NCBI GenBank assembly: GCA_037189525.1
Contig: JBBCJC010000003.1
Location: forward strand, 736,001 to 800,000
Reading direction: 5' to 3'
DNA from: Gemmatimonadales bacterium
Lineage (GTDB): Bacteria; Gemmatimonadota; Gemmatimonadetes; Gemmatimonadales; GWC2-71-9
Length of the DNA: 64,000 bases
Part shown: positions 51,097-64,000 of the stretch, one piece after another
Numbering within the stretch: the first letter of the stretch is position 1
Layout: each line of letters starts with the position of its first letter
Program-made: the position numbers and the translations under genes
Notes under the pieces: generated by a model
What the model saw: only the letters and a program-made list of their open reading frames with translations
Told to the model about the DNA's origin: nothing
Database searches by the model: none

Positions 51097-51887
51097 CAGG
51101 ACGGGATGCCGCGTCCGGAACGGGAAATGAAATCGAGGAACTGCCGCACTTCCGGGATCATCGGCACCTCGGTCTCTACCCGTTCGAGCGCCTGGGAGAC
51201 ATTGAGGTCCGAGTTGAAGAAGAGACGGTAGACCCGTTTGAGCGCCCGAACGGTTTCCTCGGGCATGCCGGCGCGCTGGAGCCCGACGCTGTTGAGTCCG
51301 TACAGCTCGACCGGATTGCCCACCGCTTTGACGAACGGCGGAATGTCCTGATTGACGCGCGAGCAGCCGCCGACGAAGGCGAGCGACCCCACCGTGACGA
51401 ACTGGTGCAATGCCACGACACCGGAGATGATCGCGCGGTCGTGCACGGTGATGTGGCCGGCCAGTTGGGTCCCGTTGGCGATGCTGACGTGATCGCCCAC
51501 ATGACAGTCGTGCGCCAGGTGCACATAGCTCATGATGAAGCAGCGCGCTCCGACCCGGGTCACCCCGGAAGCGGCGGTACCGCGATTGACCGTCGAATAT
51601 TCCCGGATCGTGGTGCCGGCGCCGATTTCGACCCAGGTTTCTTCACCGCGGTACTTGAGGTCCTGCGGATCGCCGCCCAGGATCGATCCGGCCCCGATCG
51701 AGACTCCGGCCGCCAGACGCACGTTGCGCTCGAGCGTTACCCGCGGACCGATCCGGCAGCCGTCGCCGATCGTCACGTTGGGGCCGATGATCGCAAACGG
51801 CCCCACCTCGACCCCGGCGCCAAGCACGGCATCGGGGTCCACGATGGCGGTGGGATGAACCGTCGTCTCCGTCGGAGGCGCTGTCAT
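51096..51887 (-). CDS. lpxA: UDP-N-acetylglucosamine acyltransferase
   Basis: HPTAIV, PQDLKY, IREYSTVNRGT, HLAHDC, LAGH, HQF, GLNSVGLQR. Confidence 0.96.
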   Translation of the reverse strand: MTAPPTETTVHPTAIVDPDAVLGAGVEVGPFAIIGPNVTIGDGCRIGPRVTLERNVRLAAGVSIGAGSILGGDPQDLKYRGEETWVEIGAGTTIREYSTVNRGTAASGVTRVGARCFIMSYVHLAHDCHVGDHVSIANGTQLAGHITVHDRAIISGVVALHQFVTVGSLAFVGGCSRVNQDIPPFVKAVGNPVELYGLNSVGLQRAGMPEETVRALKRVYRLFFNSDLNVSQALERVETEVPMIPEVRQFLDFISRSGRGIPS

Positions 51888-51894
51888 CGATGGC

Positions 51895-53163
51895 TCACCG
51901 GTCCATGACCATGGCCATCATCTCTGCTTCGCAGACGACGACGCCATCAACGTATGCGACACCCTTCATGCGACAGACCCGCCCTCGCAATTGGACCATC
52001 TCGACCTCCTGTCGGACCTGGTCCCCCGGAACCACCGGACGCCGGAACTTGATGTTGTCCAGCGTCATGAAGTAAACCACCTTGTCCGAGGGCGCGTCCA
52101 GTTCCCCCATCAGAAGCATCCCGCCGGTCTGCGCCATCGATTCGACGATCAGGACGCCCGGCATGACGGGATGGTTCGGGAAATGCCCCTGGAAGAACGG
52201 CTCGTTGATGGTGACGTTCTTGATTCCGACCACGCGTTTCCGCGGTTCGATCTCGATGATCCGATCGACCAGCAGGAACGGGTACCGGTGCGGAATCACT
52301 TCGAGGATCCGGCCGATATCGAGCACCTGGCCGTTCGACGCCGCGGTACGAATCAGCGTTCGCGCGAGCGCCACGTTCCCCTCGTGGCTCGGCCGCGTAG
52401 CCACGATGTGGGCGCGAATCCGAGCACCCGTGAGCGCCAGATCGCCCACGATGTCGCCCGCCTTGTGGCGCAGGAATTCGTCCGGCCAGCGGAGCGGACC
52501 GGTCAGGACCTCGGATTCCGACAACACCACGGCCGACGCCGGGGTCCCGCCCTTGAGCAGGCCCTTGGCGCGCAGCCCGTCGAGTTCATGGGCAAACCCG
52601 AAGGTGCGGGCGGGCGCCAATTCCCGGCGGAACTCATCCAGCGTCAGGTCGTACGCACCGACCTGCCGGCCGATCAGGGGATGCGGCCATTCGATGGTCG
52701 TGGTGATCCGAAGCGCTTTGGCGGGCGACACGATGTAACTCGCGTCGCCGACGGTGACCGTAAAAGGCGCCGTGACCGTGAGAACGACGGGCGTTCCCTC
52801 CTGTTCCGCGGTGCCCGCCTCTTCCAACGCCGCCAGGAACGGTGCAAACGACCCGTCCAGGATGGGAGCTTCGGGCCCGTCGATTTCGATCAGCAGGTCG
52901 TCGAGTTCGAGCGCAGCAACCGCGGCCAGCAGGTGCTCCACGGTGTGAACCGTTGCGCCATCCTGCCCGATCGCGGTCCGCCGTTCCGTCGCTTCGACCG
53001 CATCGATCCTGGCGGCAAATTCGGGCGCACCAGGCAAATCGATCCGCCGGAAACGGATCCCCGTTCCCGACGATGCGGGCATACAGCGAACCGTGGTAGT
53101 GGCACCAGTGTGCAGGCCGGTCCCGGTCAGCGTTGCCACGTCCTTCAAGGTTCGTCTAGCCAT
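51895..53163 (-). CDS. lpxC: Bifunctional LpxC deacetylase / FabZ dehydratase
   Basis: N-terminal GTGLHTG, TVEHLLAA, ARTFGF, RHKAGDIVGDL; C-terminal PHRYPFLLVDRI, FFQGHFP, MPGVLIVESMAQ. Confidence 0.95.
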   Translation of the reverse strand: MARRTLKDVATLTGTGLHTGATTTVRCMPASSGTGIRFRRIDLPGAPEFAARIDAVEATERRTAIGQDGATVHTVEHLLAAVAALELDDLLIEIDGPEAPILDGSFAPFLAALEEAGTAEQEGTPVVLTVTAPFTVTVGDASYIVSPAKALRITTTIEWPHPLIGRQVGAYDLTLDEFRRELAPARTFGFAHELDGLRAKGLLKGGTPASAVVLSESEVLTGPLRWPDEFLRHKAGDIVGDLALTGARIRAHIVATRPSHEGNVALARTLIRTAASNGQVLDIGRILEVIPHRYPFLLVDRIIEIEPRKRVVGIKNVTINEPFFQGHFPNHPVMPGVLIVESMAQTGGMLLMGELDAPSDKVVYFMTLDNIKFRRPVVPGDQVRQEVEMVQLRGRVCRMKGVAYVDGVVVCEAEMMAMVMDR

Positions 53164-54196
53164 CCTGCCTTCGATCTTTAACGATGGTTTCGAGTTCGGC
53201 CACCAGCGGCGCGAGCCGGTAGAGCGCCGCCTGTGCACGGAGAAACTCACGGTGCGGCCGAGCGGGAAATCCGCTCACATCGGTACCGGGCGGCACCTCG
53301 GAGATGACCCCCGCTTTGGCGCCGACGCGGGCCCGATCGCCCACCGTGAAATGTCCACCGATGGCACTATGACCCGCGAGGATCACGTCATCCCCTACCC
53401 TCGCGCTTCCCGCGACGACGACACCGCCCATGAGCAGGCAGCGAGCGCCAAGGCGGGCATTGTGCCCGACGTGGACATGGTTGTCGAGTTTGGTGCCGGC
53501 GCCGATGACCGTATCGCCGATGCTGCCGCGATCGATACAGCTGTTGGCGCCGATCTGGACGTCATCCTCGACTCGGCAACCGCCCACATGGGGAATGGGA
53601 TGGTGCCCCTGCCGATCGGAGATGAAGCCAAAGCCGGTTCCACCCAACACCGCGCCGGCTTTGATATGGACCCGTTTGCCGATGTCGGTGCCGCGATAGC
53701 AGACCACATGCGGATCGAGCACGCTGTCGTCTCCGATCCGGACGCCCGGTTCGAGCACGACACCCGCGGCGAGGACGACCCGGTCGCCCAATACCACACC
53801 CTCACCCAGCACCACATGCGCACCGAGTGACACGTCGGCGCCCAGTTGGCACCCCGTCCCGATGCGAGCCGACGGATCGATTCCCGGGGTCGGACGCGGC
53901 AGCGGAAAGAGCGCGGTAACGACACGAGCGATAGCCCCTGCCGGGTCGCGTACCGCGATCCGGGTCGCCGGTCCCGGCGTCTCGGCCGGGAGATCGAGCG
54001 GCACCAGCACCGCCCCGGCGCGACTCGTTACGAACTGCTCGATGTACTTGGAAGATGCCAGGAACGAAAGCGCATCGCCGTGAGCCCGATCGAGCGGGCC
54101 CACGGCGCGGAGTTGCACAGTTCCATCCCCTTCGAGGCGGCCCCCGACGAGCTCGGCAACGGCCGCCGCGGTCAGGGACCCCGCGGCAGTGGTCAC
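53156..54196 (-). CDS. lpxD: UDP-3-O-(3-hydroxyacyl)glucosamine N-acyltransferase
   Basis: Hexapeptide repeats, GFGF, IGANSCIDRG, GTKLDNHVHVGHN, SGFPA. Confidence 0.95.
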   Translation of the reverse strand: MTTAAGSLTAAAVAELVGGRLEGDGTVQLRAVGPLDRAHGDALSFLASSKYIEQFVTSRAGAVLVPLDLPAETPGPATRIAVRDPAGAIARVVTALFPLPRPTPGIDPSARIGTGCQLGADVSLGAHVVLGEGVVLGDRVVLAAGVVLEPGVRIGDDSVLDPHVVCYRGTDIGKRVHIKAGAVLGGTGFGFISDRQGHHPIPHVGGCRVEDDVQIGANSCIDRGSIGDTVIGAGTKLDNHVHVGHNARLGARCLLMGGVVVAGSARVGDDVILAGHSAIGGHFTVGDRARVGAKAGVISEVPPGTDVSGFPARPHREFLRAQAALYRLAPLVAELETIVKDRRQDG

Positions 54197-54197
54197 G

Positions 54198-54791
54198 TCA
54201 GCCGGGGGGGGTCTGCGCCAATCGCTGCGCAATCCTGAGGGTAATGTCGAGCGACCGATCATAGGTAATGATATTGGCCGACTCTTCCGCCCCGATGTCG
54301 AGGATCAGGGCGATATTCTCTTCGGCGCGGACGCCCTCGATGATGGCGCGGAGCCGCTGCTCCATCGGCGTCATCAGTTCCTGCTGCCGAGTTCCAAGCT
54401 TGGTCTGCAGCGCCTGCAGTTTGACCTGCAGCGAATCGCCCTGCGCCTGCAACTGCCGCTCACGGGCCGTGCGGTTGCTGGGCGTCATCATGGCCTGGCT
54501 CTGCTGATACGTCGCAACGGACGAATCGAACGCGGCGCGCAGCTTTTCCGCCTCGCTGCGGATCTGGGTCGCTTCCCGCGTAAACAGGCTCTCCGCCGCC
54601 GCGTAACCCGGCATACCGCGCAGCAACGCGCCGGCGTTGATGAACGCGATCTTGAACGCACCGGTCGGCTGAGCGTTCGTCGGTCGCGGCTGTTGCGCCG
54701 CGGGCGGCGCCGCCTGCGCGGCGAGCGGAGATGCGACTCCCGCCAGGGCCAGAACGGTGGATGACATCAATACGAACCGAACCAGCGACAT
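54198..54791 (-). CDS. skp: Periplasmic chaperone Skp/OmpH
   Basis: Signal peptide, KIAFIN, long coiled coil, LILD..DIT; located between bamA and lpxD. Confidence 0.88.
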   Translation of the reverse strand: MSLVRFVLMSSTVLALAGVASPLAAQAAPPAAQQPRPTNAQPTGAFKIAFINAGALLRGMPGYAAAESLFTREATQIRSEAEKLRAAFDSSVATYQQSQAMMTPSNRTARERQLQAQGDSLQVKLQALQTKLGTRQQELMTPMEQRLRAIIEGVRAEENIALILDIGAEESANIITYDRSLDITLRIAQRLAQTPPG

Positions 54792-54836
54792 CGTCGATCC
54801 TCCAACCCAGAGGGGGTGGTGTGAGTGTGCAGCCAT

Positions 54837-57281
54837 CTAGAAGAAATTGCCCAGCCGGAAGTGCAACTGCCATCCCGGATCGGGGCGCCCGGCCGCGTCG
54901 GTACGGTCGAGGCCGTACGCCACGTCGATGCCGATCGGCCCGAGCGGAGAAATCAGCGCAACACCGGCGCCCAGACTGCGGTACAACCGAGTCGGGTTGT
55001 ACTGCCGGGCCCGTCCGTAGACGTTACCCGCGTCGGAGAAGATGTTGACGTAAAACTGTTGCGACAGCCGCGCGCCGGCCTCGACCGTGAAGGTCGCATA
55101 CGACTTACCGAACGCATCCGGGCGTACGCTGGTGCCTCGCGCGCTGGGATTGTAGCCCAGCGGCGTCACGGCAAACTCGTCGTAACCACGGAGCGGAATG
55201 CCGTACTGCACGCCGCCCAGCGAATAGAGCTCGTAGAAGAACGGTCCGACCGTGCCGAAGACGAATCCGGACTTGGCCTTGAAGCCGAAGGTGAACTGGA
55301 TTCCGCCGCCGAAGGCATCGCCGCCGGCTCGGCCGAGCGGTGCGTACCAGGCGCCATCGAGATCGATCTTCTGATACTGGCCGCTGCCGCCCAGGAACCC
55401 GCCGTTGTACTCGAACGAGGTGGTAATCGAGGTCCCCGCGACCGGGAACGGCAAACCGATCCGGGTATCGCGAACCAGGCTGAGCCCCAGCGACGAACGG
55501 ACGCAGTTGTCGTCGCACCGATATTGATCCGCCAGGTCCGCAGGCATGTCGGTGAACCGGTTGCGCTGGAATCCGTAGCTGGCAAAGACGCGGGTATAGC
55601 GCGAGCCGAAGAACGGGAAGCCGAATTGGAGGTTGGCCCCTTCCCGCCGGATCCGGCCCAGGTCACCCACCGTATAGCGCTGGCGGCTGTTGAACAGCGT
55701 GAGCGTGCCCGAGAACCGGCTGTCACGGATCGCCGGGTCGGAATAGCTCAGGTTGAAGTCGTTGATGTTGGCCCCGAACTGCCACTGGATCCGGCCCCGC
55801 TTGGCTTTGCCGAACAGATTCGGCTCTTCGAGACCGAGGAACCCGCCGACCCCGACGCCCTGGCCGACCGACGCGCCGAAATTGACGTTGCCGGTACTCT
55901 TTTCGTTGACCCGGAACGTGATGTCGACGTCGATACCATTCTCCGCCTGCTCGACTTCCGGCCCCGGAAGCGGTTGCTCGAAAAAGTTGAGGTTGGAGAT
56001 GTTCTGATACGACCGCATCAGCATGTCGCGATTGAACGTCATCCCGGGGACCAGCACGATCTGTTCACGGATGACCCGCTCGTGGGTCACCTCGTTGCCG
56101 ACGATGGTGATCTTGTTGATCGTCGCGGGCTGTCCCTCGTAGACCCGCCAGCGAAGGTCCACGATCGGCTGGCCATCGGCGCCGGTGCGACGAACCTCTT
56201 CCGGCTCGACCCGCGCCATGATGTAGCCGTTGTTCGAATACAGATCGCGGACCTTGTCCGTCGCGCCTTCCCAATCCGCCCGGCTGAATGCCACGTCGGC
56301 GGCGACACCGCTGCCCGCCACGATGGCCAGACCGAACGGATAGTACAGGCTCAGTTCGTCGGCTGAGAACCGGCGATTACCGATGATATCGAAGGTGCCG
56401 ACCTTGTACGGCTGGCCCTCATCGATCTCGACTTTGAGGATGGCTTTGCCCGGCACGGTATCAGCAACCAGCGTGTCTCGGAGCACGCGCAGATCGACAT
56501 ATCCCCGATTAGCGTACCACTGCGGAATCCGGTTGCGCAGATCGTCCTGGACCCGATCCTCGGTGTACTCGCCCTTCCGGAACCACCAGAATCCTTCCGG
56601 ACGCGACGACATGCCTTTGACGATTTCGCTGTCCTTGAAGCGCTCGTTGCCCTCGATGACGACCTGGCTGATCACCACCCGATTGCCTTCATTGACGACA
56701 AAGGCAATGTCGACGGCATTGGCCGAATCGCTGCGGGTTTCTTCGACCTCGACCTGGACGGCGTAGTATCCCTTCCGCTGATAGAGCGAGTCGATGCCAG
56801 CGGCCGACCGGGCAATGGCCACCCGATCGACCGGGCGCCCTTCCAGGACGGCAACCTTCTTCCGGACGTCCGACAACTCGAGCTTCTCGACCCCGCGGAG
56901 CGACCAGCGACTGAGCGTCGGACGCTCGCGCACGACGATGGTCACGATATTGAGCGCGTCCACTTCCTGCGCTTCGATCCGGACATCATCGAACTGCCCG
57001 GTCTGATACAGGCTGGTGATGGCACGCTGGACCCCTCGGTAGTTGAGGGTCTGAAAAATCTGAATGCCCGAAAACGTGACGATCTCATCGGGCTGTAAGC
57101 GCTGGTTGCCGCGCACCACGATGCTGTCGACCAGGATTTCCTGGATCGGATCGGGCTCCTGCGCCGCCAACGGTGCCGTGAGCACGGGGAGGAACAACAG
57201 CGCGAGGAGCGCGACGACGGCATGATGCCATCGTCCGCGTCCTCGACAAGACGGATCGGCCACACGACCGGAACTCACCAC
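54837..57281 (-). CDS. bamA: Outer membrane protein assembly factor BamA
   Basis: POTRA repeats (GN motifs), NLFGK, LRGY loop, SPLGPIGIDVAYG, C-terminal Phe; start uncertain. Confidence 0.95.
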   Translation of the reverse strand: MVSSGRVADPSCRGRGRWHHAVVALLALLFLPVLTAPLAAQEPDPIQEILVDSIVVRGNQRLQPDEIVTFSGIQIFQTLNYRGVQRAITSLYQTGQFDDVRIEAQEVDALNIVTIVVRERPTLSRWSLRGVEKLELSDVRKKVAVLEGRPVDRVAIARSAAGIDSLYQRKGYYAVQVEVEETRSDSANAVDIAFVVNEGNRVVISQVVIEGNERFKDSEIVKGMSSRPEGFWWFRKGEYTEDRVQDDLRNRIPQWYANRGYVDLRVLRDTLVADTVPGKAILKVEIDEGQPYKVGTFDIIGNRRFSADELSLYYPFGLAIVAGSGVAADVAFSRADWEGATDKVRDLYSNNGYIMARVEPEEVRRTGADGQPIVDLRWRVYEGQPATINKITIVGNEVTHERVIREQIVLVPGMTFNRDMLMRSYQNISNLNFFEQPLPGPEVEQAENGIDVDITFRVNEKSTGNVNFGASVGQGVGVGGFLGLEEPNLFGKAKRGRIQWQFGANINDFNLSYSDPAIRDSRFSGTLTLFNSRQRYTVGDLGRIRREGANLQFGFPFFGSRYTRVFASYGFQRNRFTDMPADLADQYRCDDNCVRSSLGLSLVRDTRIGLPFPVAGTSITTSFEYNGGFLGGSGQYQKIDLDGAWYAPLGRAGGDAFGGGIQFTFGFKAKSGFVFGTVGPFFYELYSLGGVQYGIPLRGYDEFAVTPLGYNPSARGTSVRPDAFGKSYATFTVEAGARLSQQFYVNIFSDAGNVYGRARQYNPTRLYRSLGAGVALISPLGPIGIDVAYGLDRTDAAGRPDPGWQLHFRLGNFF

Positions 57282-57291
57282 CGAAAGCTCC

Positions 57292-59768
<2,477 letters not shown>

Positions 59769-59772
<4 letters not shown>

Positions 59773-60857
59773 GCTCCCTGCCCGCGTCGGACTTCCTCTT
59801 CCAACGTCCAGCGGACGAACTCCGCCCGACGGATTGCCATCTCTTCCTCATCCAATAACCGGCCCGCCTTGGCATTCAAGTGGGCCGGCTGGCTGAACAC
59901 CAGCAATTTGTTCAGCGCATACATTCCGACGTTTGGAATCACCTTGAGGCTCACACCGAGCCGCACGCCGGACAACAGGTTCATCGTTTCTTCGAAGCTC
60001 AGCGAGCGCGCATAGCGCAGCAAGCCGAACGCCCGCCAGCACTTGTCTTCGAGTACCGCCGGCGCATCACGCAAGAGCACCTGACGAGCCCGCTCCTCGA
60101 CTCCGATCACGTGCTGCACGATCGTGCCCAGGTGCTCCAATAGCTCTCCCTCGCTCTTGCCCAAGGTGGTCTGGTTCGACAACTGAAAGAAGTTGCCGAC
60201 CACCTCGCTGCCCTCTCCGTAGAGACCCCGGTACGTCAACCCGATCTTGGTGAGACCGTGCAACGTTTTGTTGATCTCCTTCGTCAGCACGAGCCCCGGC
60301 AGATGGATCAAGACCGATGCCCGGAGCCCCGTTCCGACGTTGGTAGGGCACGAGGTAAGGTAACCGAACGCCGAATGAAATGCGAAGGCAAGTCGTTGCC
60401 CCAGTTCAGTGTCCAGCCCCTCGACCTCACGCCAGCAGGCCCCAAAATCCACCCCCGAAGCGAGCACCTGGAGCCGCAGGTGATCTTCTTCGTTGACCAT
60501 CACCGCCGCCCGATTCTGCAGCAACAATGCCCGGGTTGTTGTGATCGAATTTCGGTCACCCAACCCTGCGAGCTCGCGGCTGATCAGATGCCGTTCGAGC
60601 AGGAGCCGATTGTCCCACTCCTCCAACTGGTCGGGTCGGACGACCAGGGCGTGACCCAGCCCGGTCGTGGTTCCGGCGGCCTGAATGACCTGGTCGAGCA
60701 CCTCTCGCCGCTCCGCCGCGTCCATTCGCGCGCCGAATCGCCGATCCGCCAGGTTCCGCGCCAACCGGACGCGGGTTGAGAGGACCAGATGACTGGCTGG
60801 CCCACTCGCTTCGAGCCATCCGAGACCGCCATCGGGCAACAGATCGAGATCGATCAT
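59769..60857 (-). CDS. mcsB: Protein arginine kinase
   Basis: STRVRLARN, ERHLIS, VNEEDHLR, GYLTSCPTNVGTGLRASVLIHLPGL, RGLYGEGS, QLSNQTTLG. Confidence 0.93.
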
Positions 60858-61357
60858 TCCCGCTCCTTCAATCGGTCACGCAGCTCCGCAGCCAGCTCGA
60901 ACTGTTCCTGCTCGATGGCGCGTTTGAGCCGCTCTCGCAGCCGGTCGATCGATTCGGCCTCGATTTCGCGCGCCGGCGTGCCCGGTGCGTGATAGGCCTT
61001 CCCCGTGTGATGCGCAGAACCGTGCAGGCGTCGCAACAACTCCCGCAGCGGCTCGCCGAAGGTGTCGTAACACTGTCCACAGCCGAGCCGGCCCGACTCG
61101 CGAAAGTCCTGGAGCGATCCGCCACACCCCGGGCAGACCGGGCTCTCGGCGGTAGCGTCGGATGCGGCCACCTCGGTTTCGAGGGAGAGCGCAGCCAGCA
61201 GTCCGCCGATCGGGGTGTCCTCCATCGTCGCGGGTGTCTGAATCCCCTTCTCCGCTGCGCACTGAGCGCAGAGCTGGACCGTCTCGACCTGTCCGCCGAC
61301 GATCTGGGTCAGCTTGATGACCCCTTCGCGCTCGTGGCAGTAGCTGCACAGCGTCAT
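60854..61357 (-). CDS. mcsA: McsA activator (CxxC motifs + UVR domain)
   Basis: Four CxxC motifs, GRLGCGQCY, LLRRLHG, C-terminal EQFELAAELRD. Confidence 0.9.
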   Translation of the reverse strand: MTLCSYCHEREGVIKLTQIVGGQVETVQLCAQCAAEKGIQTPATMEDTPIGGLLAALSLETEVAASDATAESPVCPGCGGSLQDFRESGRLGCGQCYDTFGEPLRELLRRLHGSAHHTGKAYHAPGTPAREIEAESIDRLRERLKRAIEQEQFELAAELRDRLKERE

Positions 61358-62058
61358 GACGCCGGCTCCGCCGCTCCCGATTCGACCGTCAGGCGGCCCT
61401 CGGCCAGTCGGAGGATCTGATCGGCGCGATTGGCCAGATCGCGATTGTGCGTCGCGACCACCACCGCGGTGCGGAACTGATCGCGGACCCCGGCCAGCAC
61501 CTCGTGCAGGACCGCCGCGTTGTGCGGGTCCAAGTTGCCCGAGGGTTCGTCGGCCAGCACGATGGCCGGCGCCGGTACCACAGCACGCGCGACCGCCGCC
61601 CGCTGCTGCTCCCCCCCGGAGAGTTGAGCCGGATAGTGACGCAAGCGAGCGCCGAGGCCCAGTTGCTCGAGCACGGCGGCCGCGCGCGTCTCCGCTTCGG
61701 CAGCGGAGACGCCGGCAATCAGCAGCGGCATCATCACGTTTTCGACGGCGGTGAAGTCGCGCAGCAGATGATGAAACTGGAAGACGAAGCCGATCCTGAT
61801 GTTCCGGAGGCGCGCCCGCTCCTCGACGGACAAGGTCCCGACGTCGGTGCCTTCGATGCGCACCTGGCCCTGATCGGGCGCATCGAGCGCACCAAGCATG
61901 TGCAGCAGCGTGCTCTTCCCGGCCCCGCTGGCGCCGACCACGGCCAGGAACTGCCCCGGGTGAATCGCCAGATCGAGCCCGTCGAGAACCCTGATCGGTG
62001 TTCCGTCGCCACCGACGTAGGTCTTCCCGACCCCGATTGCTTCGACGACGGGTGTCAT
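61354..62058 (-). CDS. lolD: Lipoprotein-releasing ABC transporter ATPase
   Basis: GASGAGKSTLLH, GFVFQFHHLL, LSGGEQQR, ADEPSGNLD, ATHN. Confidence 0.9.
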   Translation of the reverse strand: MTPVVEAIGVGKTYVGGDGTPIRVLDGLDLAIHPGQFLAVVGASGAGKSTLLHMLGALDAPDQGQVRIEGTDVGTLSVEERARLRNIRIGFVFQFHHLLRDFTAVENVMMPLLIAGVSAAEAETRAAAVLEQLGLGARLRHYPAQLSGGEQQRAAVARAVVPAPAIVLADEPSGNLDPHNAAVLHEVLAGVRDQFRTAVVVATHNRDLANRADQILRLAEGRLTVESGAAEPAS

Positions 62059-63335
62059 TCGTGGCGGATCGCTTCGACGGGTTGCAGGCGCGACGCGAAC
62101 CGCGAGGCCGGAATGGTCGCAGCCAGCGCAATGGCCAGGCTGACGATCATGATGGCGATGACGTCGAACGGCTCGATATGCACCGGCAGATGATCGATGA
62201 AGTAGATCGACGGATCGATGCGGATCAACTGGCTTCCGTCGAGCACGAATGCCACCGTAAAGCCCAGGATCAGCCCGAGGCCGGTCCCGACCACGCCGAT
62301 GGTGGCTCCCTGCGCCACGAAGATGCGGCCGATCGACGCCGGGCGAAGTCCCATGGCCAGCAGAATGCCGATCTCGCGGGTCCGCTCGCCGACGATCATC
62401 GTCAACGTGCCGATGATGTTGAACGCCGCCACCACGCTGATGAACGTGATGACCAGTGCCATCCCCAGCTTCTCGAGCTGCATGGCGCCGAAGAGGCTCT
62501 GATTCTGCTCTTGCCACGCAATGGTGCGGTACGGATAGCCGAGTTGCGTCTCGATCCGGCGCCCCACCTCCTGGGCCTTCCACGGGTCCCGTACCCGGAC
62601 CTGAATGCCCGAGACCGCGGTACCAAGGCCGGCAAACTGCTGGGCTTCCGACAGCCGCATCACGATGAACTCGTCATCGTACTGGTACATCCCGGTGTTG
62701 AAGGTGCCGACCACCTCGAAGAGCCAGGGCCGCACCGTGGGCACACCGAGCGCCCGGTTGCGGTTCTGGACGTCGTTCGGCGAAATCAGCGAGACGACGT
62801 CGCCGACGTAGGTCGACAACCGATTGGCCAGCCGGTAACCGATGATGATGCCGCCGTCGACGGTATCCTGGGTGGTTCGGAAGTCGAGCGCACCGTCCGA
62901 GATTGCCTTGGGCAGCGAGGTGACGGAAACCGCGCCGGTATCGGGGTCGAGCCCGATCACATCGGCGGCGGCCGGATAGTTGGCACTGTTGAGGACCAGC
63001 GTTTTCACCAGGACTTCCGGCGCGGCCGCAACGACATCCGGGTCCTTACGGACCGAATCGAGAACGGCACGCCAGTCGTTGACCCGGAGATTGGCGCCGA
63101 ACGTCAGCACGTGCAGGTGCGGATTACCGACCAGGATCTTGTCGCGCAAATCGTTCCTGAGACCGTTGATGATTCCTAAGACAACGATCAGCGCGGCCAC
63201 CCCGATGGCCACACCCGCAATGGCGATCTTGGTGTTGAGGCTCGCGAAGCGCGACGATTTCCGGCCCGCCAGATAGCGCAGCGCGACCCGCCGCTCGAGC
63301 GGATCGGGCCACCAGGAGCGTCGAGGCGCGCTCAC
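62055..63335 (-). CDS. lolC: Lipoprotein-releasing ABC transporter permease LolC/E
   Basis: [51 protein letters not shown]. Confidence 0.88.
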   Translation of the reverse strand: MSAPRRSWWPDPLERRVALRYLAGRKSSRFASLNTKIAIAGVAIGVAALIVVLGIINGLRNDLRDKILVGNPHLHVLTFGANLRVNDWRAVLDSVRKDPDVVAAAPEVLVKTLVLNSANYPAAADVIGLDPDTGAVSVTSLPKAISDGALDFRTTQDTVDGGIIIGYRLANRLSTYVGDVVSLISPNDVQNRNRALGVPTVRPWLFEVVGTFNTGMYQYDDEFIVMRLSEAQQFAGLGTAVSGIQVRVRDPWKAQEVGRRIETQLGYPYRTIAWQEQNQSLFGAMQLEKLGMALVITFISVVAAFNIIGTLTMIVGERTREIGILLAMGLRPASIGRIFVAQGATIGVVGTGLGLILGFTVAFVLDGSQLIRIDPSIYFIDHLPVHIEPFDVIAIMIVSLAIALAATIPASRFASRLQPVEAIRHE

Positions 63336-64000
63336 CCCGGGCCGGCCCCTTCGGGACGCATGGCCGGAAAGAGAATCACGTCCCGGATCGACGCTTGGTC
63401 GGCAAGGAGCATGACCAGCCGGTCGATACCGAGGCCGAGCCCTCCGGTCGGCGGCATACCGTACTCCAGCGCCCGGATGTAGTCGGTATCGTACGGCTGG
63501 GTTTCGTCGTCGCCGGCGGCGCGCTGCCGCACCTGATCCTCGAACCGGGCGCGCTGATCGTCGGGATCGTTGAGCTCACTGAAGGCGTTGGCGATTTCCT
63601 TGGTGTTGACGAAGAGCTCGAATCGCTCGACGACACCGGGCTTCGAACGATGGACCTTGGCCAGCGGCGAAATCGAGACCGGATGATCGACGACGAAGGT
63701 CGGCTGAACCAGTTCCAGCTCGACGAAGGTCTTGAAGAGTTCGTCGAGCAGGCGCCCGCCCGTCATGGTATCGACGGCCTCGCGCGGTTCGCCCGCGCGC
63801 ACCAGGCGGTCGCGCATCTGGGCCTCGGTGGCCGTCGTGAGGGCGAGCCCCGACCGTTCTTCGATGGCCTCGACGAATGAGACCCGCTGCCAGGGCGGCG
63901 TAAAATCGATGGTACGCCCTCCGACCTCGATCGAGGTCGTCCCGTGACAGTGCTGGACCAATGCCGGGAGCATCGATTCCATCATGGCCATCATGTCCGT
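63332..64000 (-). CDS. lysS: Lysine--tRNA ligase, class II (5' end outside window)
   Basis: [57 protein letters not shown]. Confidence 0.97.
   Translation of the reverse strand, partial: TDMMAMMESMLPALVQHCHGTTSIEVGGRTIDFTPPWQRVSFVEAIEERSGLALTTATEAQMRDRLVRAGEPREAVDTMTGGRLLDELFKTFVELELVQPTFVVDHPVSISPLAKVHRSKPGVVERFELFVNTKEIANAFSELNDPDDQRARFEDQVRQRAAGDDETQPYDTDYIRALEYGMPPTGGLGLGIDRLVMLLADQASIRDVILFPAMRPEGAGPG

Overview
High-GC bacterial chromosome segment, almost entirely core genes. The gene content suggests a diderm, probably Gemmatimonadota (inference from fused lpxC-fabZ, futalosine menaquinone genes, mcsA/mcsB/clpC and bshC). The window appears to span the replication terminus: nearly all genes from 1 to 29897 are on +, all called genes from 30397 to 64000 are on -, and a canonical 28-bp dif (XerC/XerD) site lies at the convergence point (29944-29971). 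Left arm: fabF, mqnE-mqnA-mqnC, ispF, dedA, xerD, an orphan membrane protein, a long kdsB-pyrG-kdsA-kdsC-kdsD-lptC-lptA-like-lptB-rpoN operon running into an 8-gene glycan-modification cluster and dapF, then a cadA/cadR cassette with an M20 amidohydrolase next to dif. Right arm, in transcription order: lysS-lolC/E-lolD-mcsA-mcsB-clpC-bamA-skp-lpxD-lpxC/fabZ-lpxA-Gfo/Idh/MocA-lpxB-DUF374-lpxK-gdh-rlmH-bshC-hyp-murJ-uvrC-thrC, a secreted TPR protein, tRNA-Gly(CCC), der-plsY-gpsA-merR-surE-pcm-dedA, tRNA-Arg(CCT) and a TPR membrane protein. The most notable observations are the dif/ter architecture, a degenerate duplicate of a gene 3' end plus terminator tail beside dif, a candidate structured ncRNA near 31360-31545, an arginine-kinase/ClpC module coupled into the outer-membrane biogenesis operon, and a composite promoter upstream of kdsB. 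I found no CRISPR array, transposase, reverse transcriptase or prophage. All calls are by-eye motif recognition with no database searches.
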